Assembly (NCBI GenBank): GCA_965112735.1
Contig: OZ218953.1
Coordinates: 4,960,001-5,024,000, forward strand
From: Phaeosaccion multiseriatum
Lineage: Eukaryota > Protista > Ochrophyta, other classes
Reading direction: 5' to 3'
DNA length: 64,000 bases
The position numbers and the translations under genes were made by a program. The notes under the pieces are model-generated. The model was not told the DNA's origin and searched no databases. It worked only from the letters and a program-made list of their open reading frames with translations. Below, piece after piece: positions 23,672 to 45,915 of the stretch (positions within the stretch are counted from its first letter, which is position 1; each line of letters opens with the position of its first letter).

Positions 23672-23716
23672 TCTTTTAATTAATTAATTAATTTTAATTA
23701 AAATTAAAAAAAAAAA
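23672..23716. terminator. AT island, (TTAA)n, between the convergent CHCH and methyltransferase genes
   Basis: TTTTAATTAATTAATTAATTTTAATTAAAATTAAAAAAAAAA in an otherwise GC-rich sequence. Confidence 0.35.
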
Positions 23717-23964
23717 CCTGTAAAGGGCTGCTCCCTATCCAACCCCAGAGCCCGCGTGTCCCTTTTTGGAACGGCGCTTCTTGCTGCGAGAAAGGAGGGA
23801 CACAGACAGACGGACGGACGATTTTCAGATTCAGGTACGATCAACTGATTGCACGAGCGACCGCGCGAGGAATGGCACAGGGGCAGGTAGAGTACTCAAG
23901 TGTCTGCCTTCCTGTGCCACACCAACTCTGCTGCTCTGCTGCTCTGCTATTCACCCTCTGCCGC

Positions 23965-26152
23965 TCACCTTCGCTCTCGGTCCCGGTGCTTCTTCCTCAA
24001 AGGGTCGTTCGAGTCCATCATCTTGTAAGGAATGAGGGTCGCGCTGCACAAGACGGCCAAACATGGAAACCGGAGAGCGGTGGCAGGCATAGAGAGAGGC
24101 AGACAGGCAACGACAGACACAGACAAAGAGTGAGAGACAGACAGACATAGAGACAGACAGAGAGAGAGAGTGAGAGAGACATAGAGAGAGAGAGAGAGAG
24201 AGAGGGAGACAAGGCGTGGGGCATCAGACAAACCCTTCCCCTAGCCCACACACACTGCACCACACCCCTCCCTCCCCGCTCTTGTCCCAGTTGTTGGGAC
24301 GGAGACCCAAACACGCTTACTTGTGAGCGACGTAGCATCTCTCCTTCTCGGGGAGCTTCGCAGTTGCAGTCTGAAAAGCGGCAATCAGGCTTTCCTGCCA
24401 CGCCCCCAGGTCGAGGTACCAAAAGCTGGGAGACAGGAAAGATGGCAAACCAGATAAAGAGGAAGGGGGAGGGGGCGGGTAAGAGACACAAGCACCAAAC
24501 ATACCGAAAAATACCGCGTCGGTCGTTGTGCGTCATACCTTATGAAGGGAGAAGTCTTACGGTCCGCACTCTTGACGTTGGTCCTGCTTCCTACTGGCGA
24601 GTAGTAGTAGTACCGCTTCGGGGGTATGAGGTACACAGGCTTGCTCATGGGCTTGCTCACGCCTCCGCTGCTGCTGGCGCCGCTGCCCTCTGCTCTACTC
24701 GTCCTCTGCCCCTCTGTCACCGGAGCCTCTTCTCCTCTCAGCGAAGGCCCGTAGTAGTCCTGAAGAAAGACATGGGATGCTCGGAGACGTCAAACCAGAA
24801 GCGACACTTCTGCCCTGGTCCCCACTTCCCTGTTTGATCCAGTCGTCTTTCCGTCTGTCTCCCTCTCTTCTTTCTCTCTCACGCCCTCTCTTCTTTATCT
24901 CTCTCACTCCCTCTCTCTCCCCCCCTCTCTGTCCCTCCCCCTCTCCTCCTCTCTCTCCCTCTCTCTCCGCGTCTATCTCTCTCACCCGTCCACGCACCTT
25001 CAAGTATACGAAGTTGGGCAGGAGCAGAAGCCATGGCTTGCCACTCTGTACGCAGAAGAGAATGATTTTCGACACGTGCTCTGCGCTGTAGGGTGGGTTG
25101 GTCACCACCACGTCAAATGGCGGCGTCTTACCGGCCTCGCACACCTTCGCACAGGCAACAGGCAGGGAGAGTGGCGCGGAGGGACACATGGATGCATTCA
25201 CCGAAGAGAGAAGAGATGCGCAGCAGAAGGGGTCAACAAGATAAAATTCAAGTCCCCTATCACAGGCACAGTTTGGACTACCCTTCATCCGACCGCCAAT
25301 GCCTCCCAGCATGCCAGCCTCAACCCCAAACTATCCCAGCAGCATCCCGCCCTCACCCACCTCACCTTGTAAAAATCCTCACACTGTCCACGAGAGTTGA
25401 GAGTATGGCGGTGTCAGATATCCAGACCAGTTGGGGGGGGGGGGGTCGCGGGGTTCGCAGAGAGAGAGAGAGAGAGAAGACAAAGCATGCGGGGTAGGAA
25501 CACGCGTGTTACGATGAGGTAGTGCAAATGCTACCGGAAAATGGAGGACACTGCCTTTAGTACACGGGGTCCTGGTGTGAGGCTGCCAGAAGAAGTTCTT
25601 CCACCATACCTTATTGTACACGTTACTGAAGCCCAGTACCCCCAGGCGGGACACCACGCAGCCCTGGCAAAAGTAAGGGTCGTAGATGGCAAGGTCGTTG
25701 GGAGACTTGCCCAACTTGGCGGCCAGCGACTCGAGCAAGGGGGCAATGTGCTCGTACGCGACTTCACTGGTTTCGCAGTGGTCGTCTTGATCTACCTGGA
25801 AAGGGTACTGCACGCTTGGGGAGAGGGCAGCTGTGTCTGGCGATGGTGGTCCTGCTTCCGTAGAGGAGGATTCCTGTTTTCCTGCTGCAAGGCCGCCCTT
25901 CTTCTTCCTCTTCTTCCTCTCCTTCTTGTTCTTCTTGCGCATCTCTGCACCACTTGACACATCCACATCTGCTGCTGTTGTCTTTTCTGCTCCTGTTGCA
26001 GCTGTACCATCTTCTCCTACGCTTTCTTCCCCCTTCCCTCCCCCTCCTCTCTCCTCCTCGTTCTCCGCCAACGATGCCCGCTTGGCCTTCTTCTTGGCTC
26101 TCTTCGCCTTCCACCATTTTTCTTTTTCGTCTTGTTTTCTCTTCTTTGACAT
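23965..26152 (-). CDS. NPPY-motif SAM-dependent amino-methyltransferase (N6-adenine MTase-like) with a Lys-rich N-terminus; 6 exons
   Basis: MSKKRKQDEKEKWWKAKRAKKKAKR...DDHCETS...IYDPYFCQG..LGFSNVYNK|CEDFYK|VCEAGKTPPFDVVVTNPPYS..KPWLLLLPNFVYLK|DYY..KPVYLIPPKRYYYY..TSPFI|SFWYL..|..RKKHRDRERR*. NPPY lies at 25088-25099. All junctions are in-phase GT-AG. Confidence 0.8.
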
Positions 26153-26386
26153 TTCGCATGGAGAGAGAGGGAGAGAGCAGATGAAAGAGAAGGACACAAA
26201 AGAGAAGGAAAAAAAAGAGAGCCCGAAGGTTAAGCCGTCGTCGTCCTGTGAAGGGGGAGAACCAACATGATCAGAAGGCCGCGCCCCTGCCCCTTGCCCC
26301 CGATCCCGGCCCGATCCGCGATGCTCCACGTATACCTCTCCCTCTTCTCAATGTGAATCACAAACTTTACCCTATACTGACGGCTA

Positions 26387-26929
26387 ATGTTAGCATTTCT
26401 GTTGGCTTTGAGCACTGCTCTCGCTTCGACTAAGAACAACATGATCCGACCCGTCACGAAGACCGATTTGCCGGTGCTGAAGGAGATTATCGACTCGACG
26501 GAGCTCTTCCCATCGTCCATGCTCGACGAAATGATCGGTGGCTATATGGGCGGGAATGAGGAGCAGGAAGTATGGCTGACTGAGACGAGTAAGGACGAGG
26601 AGAACAAGCCGATCTCTCTCGTGTACTGCGGCCCGGAGAAGCTGACTGAAGGAACGTTTAATGCATGGCTCCTGGCCGTTTCGCCATCCCACCAAGGCCA
26701 AGGCTTTGGTAGCCGACTCATGGCACATTTGGAAACGGTCTTGGTTGATCGTGGAGAGAGGCTGTTGCTTGTCGAAACATCAGGCAACAGTGGATTCGCC
26801 AAGACAAGGGCATTCTACGAGAAGCTTGGGTACGAACAGGAAGCTCGCATCCGCGAGTATTATGGACCTGGCGAAGACAAGATCATCTACCGGAAATCAC
26901 TAGCTTCGATAGAGCAAAAGAGTACTTAG
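26387..26929 (+). CDS. Intronless GNAT-family N-acetyltransferase of bacterial type (alternative start 26441)
   Basis: Acetyl-CoA-binding motif A LAVSPSHQGQGFGSRLM, plus LLVETSG, TRAFYEKLGY and EARIREYYGPGEDKIIYRKSL; single uninterrupted ORF. Confidence 0.92.
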   Translation: MLAFLLALSTALASTKNNMIRPVTKTDLPVLKEIIDSTELFPSSMLDEMIGGYMGGNEEQEVWLTETSKDEENKPISLVYCGPEKLTEGTFNAWLLAVSPSHQGQGFGSRLMAHLETVLVDRGERLLLVETSGNSGFAKTRAFYEKLGYEQEARIREYYGPGEDKIIYRKSLASIEQKST

Positions 26930-27066
26930 GTTAACGAAGTTAGAGGAGAAGAGGGAAGGAGGAATCACAGTCGTAATTTCTGTTCGCTCCGTGACTGGCA
27001 AGCCGCCGATCGTAAAACGGACGTCAGAGTACGACGCTGTCCTCGCTTACAGGGGCAGAGACTCTC

Positions 27067-27219
27067 CTTTTCCTGAATACTGATTACTGATTTTAGCGCC
27101 AGCCGGGCCTGATTGCTGATTATGACCGGCGCCAGCCGGCCTGATTTCTGATTATATGGCGCCAGCCGGCCTGATTACTGATTATGGCCGGCGCAAACCG
27201 TAATCTTGTCCAGGGCCGA
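27067..27219. mobile_element. Degenerate MITE-like repeat related to the 9442-9717 element
   Basis: Three to four units of GGCGCCAGCCGGCCTGATTNCTGATTAT, whose core is the reverse complement of the MITE core CCGGCTGGCGCC. The right end reverse-complemented (TCGGCCCTGGACAAGATTAC) matches the MITE TIR at 13 of 20 positions. Confidence 0.5.
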
Positions 27220-27730
27220 AGGCATGGCCAGCAGGAGCGCAATATATACAGCTGTGAGCTTGCACATCTGACAAGGGCACCATCAGCTCTGTTCTCTCTC
27301 CCTCCAATCATCATCTCTTATTATAAAGTGTATACTGGATGATGCCTGCTCTGTAGTTAGTTTATCAAGACGCAGAGGGGAAGGAAGAACGGGGGGGTCC
27401 AGGCCTTACGGGAGAGGGAGAGAGAGCAATACTGTGATTCGTGTATGAATGTATACATGGTGTGGCGGGCTGGGCGGCGCGCGGCACATTTGAGCTCGCG
27501 TTGCGCAAGGACAGTAGCAGAAATCTCTCCCCCCCCAACCCCTCTCTGCCTCTGTTTCCTCACGGGGAAGCAGTGCAGCCCCTGGATTCGATGGATTTCA
27601 CGCCTCGCGCAACTCTTGTCTTGACTGACAGTGCGGTGTGTGTGCGTGTGCCGACGCTTGCGAGTCACAGTGTCGTCCCGTGGCACGGTGCAAGGCACGG
27701 GAAAGTGGTACGCCTTTGAAGGTACAGCGC

Positions 27731-29754
<2,024 letters not shown>

Positions 29755-30407
29755 AGTTGACAGTGGACGGGGAGTAGAGAATGGAGTGAAGTCCTTCCAG
29801 GGAGACAAGACAAGTAGGAAAGGAGGGAGGAAAGAGAGATACAAAGTTTGACAACGGCTCGGGTTTCCTTGGCGGTGTGGGGGCGTGCGTGCAGACCCAG
29901 GGGGGTCCATGTAGAGGCATATAGAACCATCTTGCCCAACCTGCTAGAGAGAAGGCGAAGGACTTGGGGTGAGTGAGTGTAGAGATGTGGCTGGGCTGGG
30001 GCGCGAGCGGAGAGGCACAGTAAGGGGGGCAGGCGTATGCCGTGCGGTCAGGCTCGCTCCTTGGAGTTGTTCAGCGAGGGAGGGGGAGGGCAGGGAACGA
30101 AGGGATTCAAACGCCAGGGAAGATTGCCAGGGCGGGGTTTGTTGTCGTGCTAGTCGTGTACTTCTCGTTGTAGGGAGCGCGCATGCCCGACGCTCAGCGA
30201 ATGGGAGAGTCGTGAAGCCTCGATTGGAATAAAATCCCCCCGGTCTCCTTCCCTTTAATTGTAATTAAAGCCCCTCACCTCTCTTTGCTCGTATCGTCGC
30301 GTCGTGATGGCACCGCAGGTAGCGGTGTAGCGCGCGACGACTCCGGATCCGCTGCTGCACATCCGTGCTGCTCACCTACCTGCGGGTAGCCAAGCGCAGG
30401 ACGCACA

Positions 30408-39716
<9,309 letters not shown>

Positions 39717-40008
39717 AGGAGAGGCGGAGAGCGCACCCCTTGGGTCCAACGGTGAACCCCCCTGGGCATGTGCAGGGCTCCAGTGCTGTCGCCTTGTCCC
39801 GGTGCGAAGTCCGTGGGGGGTGCGTGGGTGCGTGCGTGTTGCGTGGGAGCGCCAGGGTGTTTCATTCATTCATTCGCGGCAGGCCGATCTCCAGGCATAT
39901 GAATAAAAGTTTGTTAGCCCCTTGTAATAGTGAGCGACCTTCCTCTCTCAAACAGTATAGCCACACTTGCCGGGGCAACCTCCTTTCGTGGTAGATAGCT
40001 GCTCAACC

Positions 40009-40197
40009 ATGGTGAAGAGGAAGCTGGCGCCGCTGCCGGTGCTGGATGAGGAGATCCTGAGGGAGGAGATGGTGAAGCAGGGCATCAAGCTTTCACACTT
40101 GAAAGCCGTGTGGAAGTACGCAATAGCGAAAGTCACTTCCACCGCCGAGGGACAGGAAGGTGCGAACCTGTTCTCTTCTCTCTCTCTCTCTCCCTTT

Positions 40198-40261
<64 letters not shown>

Positions 40262-43200
40262 CCACCACCACCACCACCACCACTGCCCCCCGTGTATCAC
40301 CTGCATCTCCAGGACCTCTTTAAATCCGCCTTAGTACTCTCCTGGGGGTCCCGCCTTCTTCGTGTTCCGTCTTTACACCCACTCTTCGTTCTTCTTCCCT
40401 CTCTCTTCACCTCTTGCAGTCGATTTCGAGGATCTGGCCCTCGCCGCTGCTGCCGGCGAGAGTGTACCCAAGAACCTCATTCGTCTTCTCAAGGAGAAGT
40501 TCGCCATATTCACAAGGTGCTCACAATCTGAAGGTCGAGGTTATTGTCTATCGGCCTATCTGACCCTCGCCCCCCCCCCCCCTCTGCTGGTCTCACCCTC
40601 ACTCCCCAGCACCGTCACGGAGAAGCGTGTGAGCAGCGACGGCACAGTGAAGCTCGTGGTGCGGCTGCAGGACGGACTCGAGGTGGAGGCAGTCATAATC
40701 CGGCACACCGGCAGGAACACTCTTTGCGTTTCCTCACAGATGGGGTGAGGAAGCGAGTGGGTGGGACTCACCGAGGGAGGACAGAGCAAAAGAGGGGAGG
40801 ACGGAGGGGAGGAACGGGGTGGAATGCTTTGGGGGGGGCAGAGAACGTGTAGTGGGCTGCATCGCTCCCGTCTCCTTCACGAGCTTATGCTTCTCTCTGT
40901 ACCCGCTGCTACCACTGCCTACTGCTGTACTACTTGAATGCTACTGCCGTCTACTGCTGTACTGCTGCTTCCCTGCTTGCAGATGCTCCATGTCATGCAG
41001 CTTCTGCAGTACGGGAACAATGGGTAAGGAGAGGAGGGAAAGGAGAAGGAGGAGGACGAGAGGAGGAGGAGGAGGAGGAGGAGGAGGAGAGCGGGTGGTG
41101 CTCCATTCTCTCCGTTCGAAGTATGCTCGTCCCTGGCATTCTTAATTGACATTTTCCTCACTCGCGGTACGTCGGTATGTTCCTGTCATCTCCCGTATCT
41201 GCCCACCCACCCCCTTCCCTGCAGGCTTCAAGGGAGATTTGGTGAGCGGAGAGATTCTGGAGCAGCTGCTGCACGCCTTGCGCATCGCCTCCATTCGGAA
41301 CATTGTATTCATGGTGAGTGAGGAGGAGCATGACTTAGACAGTCAATCAATCATGCAGTGCTTCAATCGATCAACCAATCAACCAATTAATCAATCAGTC
41401 AATCATCCAATCAGTCAGGCAGTCAGTCAGTCGGTCAATCAATCATCAACAAGCCGTTTCATCGATCCGGCCATTTATGTCGATGACCTTTCCCTCTGTC
41501 CTTCAGTCCCTACCTCACTACTTGAGTTGTCCCTCTATCGCTCTGTCCCTCCCTCACTGATTCCTGTCCTCCCTCTCTCTCTTTGCGGTGTGTTGGGTTG
41601 TGGCGCTATGCTGTGTCGCCCTTGCACACCTGTGTCCATACACGTGTACAATAAAAACCATCACACAACACACAGGGCATGGGCGAACCCCTGAGCAATT
41701 ACAAGGCCGTCCTTGCCGCCATCAAAGGCATGGCTGACGACCGCCGCTTCGGCCTGTCCCCCGGGAGGATCACCTTGTCAACTGTTGGGGTCGTGCCTCG
41801 AATCCGTCAGCTCACGGCTGATGCGCCGGAGACGCAGTTGGCCATCAGTCTGCATGCTCCCAACCAGGTGAGAGAGAGGAGCAGGTGTTGTGGGGCATTG
41901 CTCTCGTCGTTGTTGTAGTGTACACACGTGTACAAAACACACACACACAGAGAGAGGGGGGGGGGGAGAGAAAGAGGTCCTCTCTCTCAAGCTCTCTCAC
42001 ACATACACACATACACACTCACACAACCACCAACCCACCCCCCCCCCGCATACACCCACACCCGCACACACAACTTGCCCTGCCAACACACCACAGACTC
42101 TCCGAAACGCCATTGTGCCCAGCGCAAGGTCCTACAAGCTCCACGACATTATCGATGCCATGGATGGACACCTCGCGGCCAGGGGGGGGGGGGACAGGAC
42201 CAAGAAGACCAGAGCGCTGATTGAGTATGTGATGCTGGCGGGGGTTAATACGCTGCCTGAGCATGCGAAGGAGTTGGGAGAGTTGCTGCGAGGTGAGTGT
42301 GGGGAGGGGAGGGAGGGAGGGGAGGGGAGGGAGGGAGGGGAGGGAGGGAGAGAGGGCGGGGAGGGAGGGAGGGGAGGGGAGGGAGGGAGGGGAGGAGGGG
42401 AGGGGAGGGGAGGGGAGGGGAGGGAGGGAGGGAGGTAGGGGAGGGGAGGGAGGGTAAGGACTCAGGGGCGGACCCACTACCCTTTCCTGTATACCCTATA
42501 CTCTATTCTACGCTTTACCCAATTATCCTTTTGCCCTTGATCCCACCTCCTTTCTCTTTCTCCTATCTCTCTCTCTCTTTTCTCTCTCGACCTCTCTTTG
42601 CTCTATGTTCTGTGTAAATGTTGTGTGTCTGTAACCATTTCAGGACGAGACCTCATTGTGAACCTCATCCCTTACAACCGAAGCTCCTCGGAGGACGAAT
42701 TCGAAGAGCCCACGGAAGAAGCCCTCCTCCACTTCCAAACCATCATCATGCAGCACGACCTCATGTGCACCATTCGGCGGCACCACGGAAGGGACATTGA
42801 TGGGGCATGCGGTCAACTCGTACTGAAAAAGCTCAATGAAGAGCTCAAGGGCGGCACCGGTACAGGCGGTGGAGGAGGAGGAGGGGATGAAGGGGTGGAG
42901 GAGGAGAAGAACAATAGCGTGGAGGATGATGACGAGGACGATATGGGAGCAATCGGAGTGCTGGTGGGAGTGGCCCCTACCACAGCAGGGGGGGGGGGCT
43001 GTGGCAGCGGTGGAGGGGGAGGGGGCGGGGCTGCGGGGGGGACAGACATCGAAGACTTGATTCAGCAAAGCGGTAGTGGTGCCGCTAATGGTACTAGTAG
43101 TGTGAGTAAGGCAGTCAAGAACAGCAGCAGCAGCAGCAGCGGCAGCAGAGGAGTTGCGCGCGCTAAGGGAAGCAGCAGCGTCAGCAATGGCCAGGCAGAG

Positions 43201-43407
43201 CAGAACGTTCCCAACGGTTGCGGGGAGTGTGATTGTGGTGGTCATGACGATGATGATGATGATGCTGATGGCCAGACAGATCGGCGGAGGAAGAGGAGGG
43301 AGAGGACGGAGGCCATGCTGCCTTTCATATTGCTTGGGGTGGGGGCGACGCTGTCCGTGGGACTCGTGCTGTTGGGGCTGAAGGGGAGGAGACAGCAGCG
43401 CACTTGA
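40009..43407 (+). CDS. RlmN/Cfr-family radical SAM RNA methyltransferase with a C-terminal transmembrane tail; about 8 exons
   Basis: [17 protein letters not shown]|[11 protein letters not shown] (CxxxCxxC), IRNIVFM|[40 protein letters not shown] and [11 protein letters not shown] (catalytic Cys). The protein ends [40 protein letters not shown]. Confidence 0.93.
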
Positions 43408-43513
43408 CTGGACTTGGCTTGCCTTGGCTTGGCTTGGCTTGACTTGGCTTGACCTGCTCAATCTTGGCTCATCTTGTTCGTCCTCCAGTTGACAGCACGA
43501 GGCATGGCATGCA

Positions 43514-44101
43514 TCAGCTTTCAGCTTGGGAGAGGAGAGCAGCGGCGGATTGGACTTGATCATGTTTGAATTCCATTTTGTTCATCTTCCTCCTGTTGAG
43601 CATGATGAGGGAATGAGTGCTGCCGAAGATTAGTGTACGGATGGAAGGGTGCGCGTTGTCCAAGGGGGTGGGGTGGGGCTGTAGAGGGAGAGGGGGAGGG
43701 GGAGGGAGAGAGAGTGTGTGTGTGAGAGAGAGAGAGGGGGGGGGGGGAGGGAGGGAGGTTGGGATGGAGAGCTGGCCAAGCTCCCACGGAACTCTCTCTG
43801 TGGCGAGAGGGTACAGCTCTGCGTTCACGCCAGCATGTTCTTTTGGTGACATAGGAGTACAAAGGGGCCATGTGGGTATAGCAGCGGCTGCAGCAGTTGG
43901 TCATTCAACAGCACCGGCACCAGCACCAGTAGCACGAGTTTTGGCGGGCAGGGAGGAAAGGCTGTGACTGATTGTGCGAATCAATCATGAGGGAGAGAGG
44001 GAGGCTGTATCCGTAGAGAGGGAGGGAGGGACGGAGGGAGAGAGGAGGAAAGAGAGGATTCTCATCCGGCCTGGTGCATTCCACTTGATGCCCTTCGCCA
44101 T
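43514..44101 (-). CDS. Possible small 3-exon hypothetical protein (about 77 aa)
   Basis: Can be spliced in phase to MAKGIKWNAP|AAIPTWPLCTPMSPKEHAGVNAELYPLATERVP|THSLIMLNRRKMNKMEFKHDQVQSAAALLSQAES*. The donors are weak (GCCGGA, GTGGGA) and no family was recognised. Confidence 0.25.
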
Positions 44102-44510
44102 GATGGAACTTCCAACACGGTGCATTTGGACCGTCAGCAGCTCAGCAGCTCACAGCAGCTCACCGCTCAGAGTAGGTGTATTATAAATAAAACAAAAGAC
44201 ACTCCCCTCGCGCCATATCCCCCCACCCCTGAGTGATCCGAACCCTCCTCCTCCTCCTCCTTCTCCTCTGCTACATCCCTGCAGGGACGTCGAAGCCAAG
44301 TCAGCTTGGGTCAGCTTGGTGACAGCCCCGAGGACGGAAGGATGAGAGAGGGTTACACATGCTCGGCTTAAGCCTCACAAGCCTCAGAGAGCTTACAGCC
44401 TCCTGTAGGGCCCTGACAAAGTTGTGCTCGGAGCTGTCTGGCTTTTGTAGCACGAGGAGGACGGAAGGATGAGTGTGGGCTCAGCTTAGCAAACCTTAAG
44501 TATGATTAGG

Positions 44511-44905
44511 TTAAGGGAGTGGAGAGGAGAAACTGTCTCTTAGCTGCATGCACGTTGCCAACAACTTGTCACTCTCCTCGGGGCGCTTGTCTCGCACGGC
44601 CATCGCTCGAACCTATCCACGCGACAACCGAGGGATAGAGGCGCAAGGAGCAGAGAGAGAAACACACACACAAGAGCCAGAGGCAGAGACAGAGACAGGG
44701 ACAAGAGACAGGGGAGAGAGACTGAAAGGTTTTAGTTTTGTGTTTTACGGCAAGGCCTTTTTTCCACCAGCAATCGCTGTCAAAAGGAGCAGTGGCGCCA
44801 AACGAAGTCCTGCATGTCTACTGCAGTCAGCAGTCTGCTTCAGTCAGTAGACCGCTTTGGTCAGTACACTCAGGCAGCAGGCTCAGTCAGCAGCAGTGGT
44901 AGAGT

Positions 44906-44939
<34 letters not shown>

Positions 44940-45324
44940 CAGCAGCAGCAGCAGCAGCAGTTTGTGATACAGGCAATCTTTGAGGTTTGTTTGGCATCAC
45001 GGCACGGCAGGGCACGGACCTGATAGGCCTCTGCCAGGCTAAAGGCAGTCAAGGAGCAGTCTGGGACCGTCTTGAGGGCGTTGTTGAGCTTCTCACAAGC
45101 CAACGCCCCGAGCCGCGCCACTATCTCATGACCCTGCGCCTCCCTTGCCGCTGACTGCGCCGCAGTGGCCGGGGCAAGGGGAGGGGGTGGGAGAGTGGGA
45201 GTGGCATGGGGAGGAGGACAAGACGAAAGACCAGAGCTCCCTGCTGTTGCCACCTCACCACCACCACCACCACCACCACCACCACCATCACCACCACCAC
45301 CACCACCACCACCACCACCACCAT

Positions 45325-45368
<44 letters not shown>

Positions 45369-45839
45369 CCATCACTACCACTACCACCACCTCTGCTGCT
45401 GCTGCTGCTGCTGCTCGATGAAGCAACCGCCCCCGTGGTGCCCGCGCTGCGAAGTGTCAGGACGCCCTGCCTTGCCCTCGCCTGCAGCGTGAGGAGCTTG
45501 CCCTCTGCCAAGTCCACGAGATGGAGGTGTCTCACCACAGGCACTGGAGAGGAGGAGGGAGGGGGGGAGAGGTTTGCATGTTGGGCCTTGCACACACAAA
45601 TAGGCAACACACACATATCTCACACGCACACACACACACACACATCTTACCGAGCTCGACGATGTCGGACGTAACGAACTCGAAGCCCCGACAAGCAGAG
45701 CTGCTGGTCGCCGACAGCTCTGCCAGCGCCTGAGAGCCGAGACGAACGCCGGTCATGAGGCACACACGCGGGATGATGTCACGCAAGCAGATGTGCGCTC
45801 TGTAGCTATGCTCGTCGTCGTCGTCGTCGTCGTCGTCGG

Positions 45840-45915
<76 letters not shown>

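Noticed and set aside
43612-43630. CTTCGGCAGCAC (minus strand) resembling the U6 snRNA 5' stem
   Set aside because: The match is only 12 nt; the rest of U6 does not follow.
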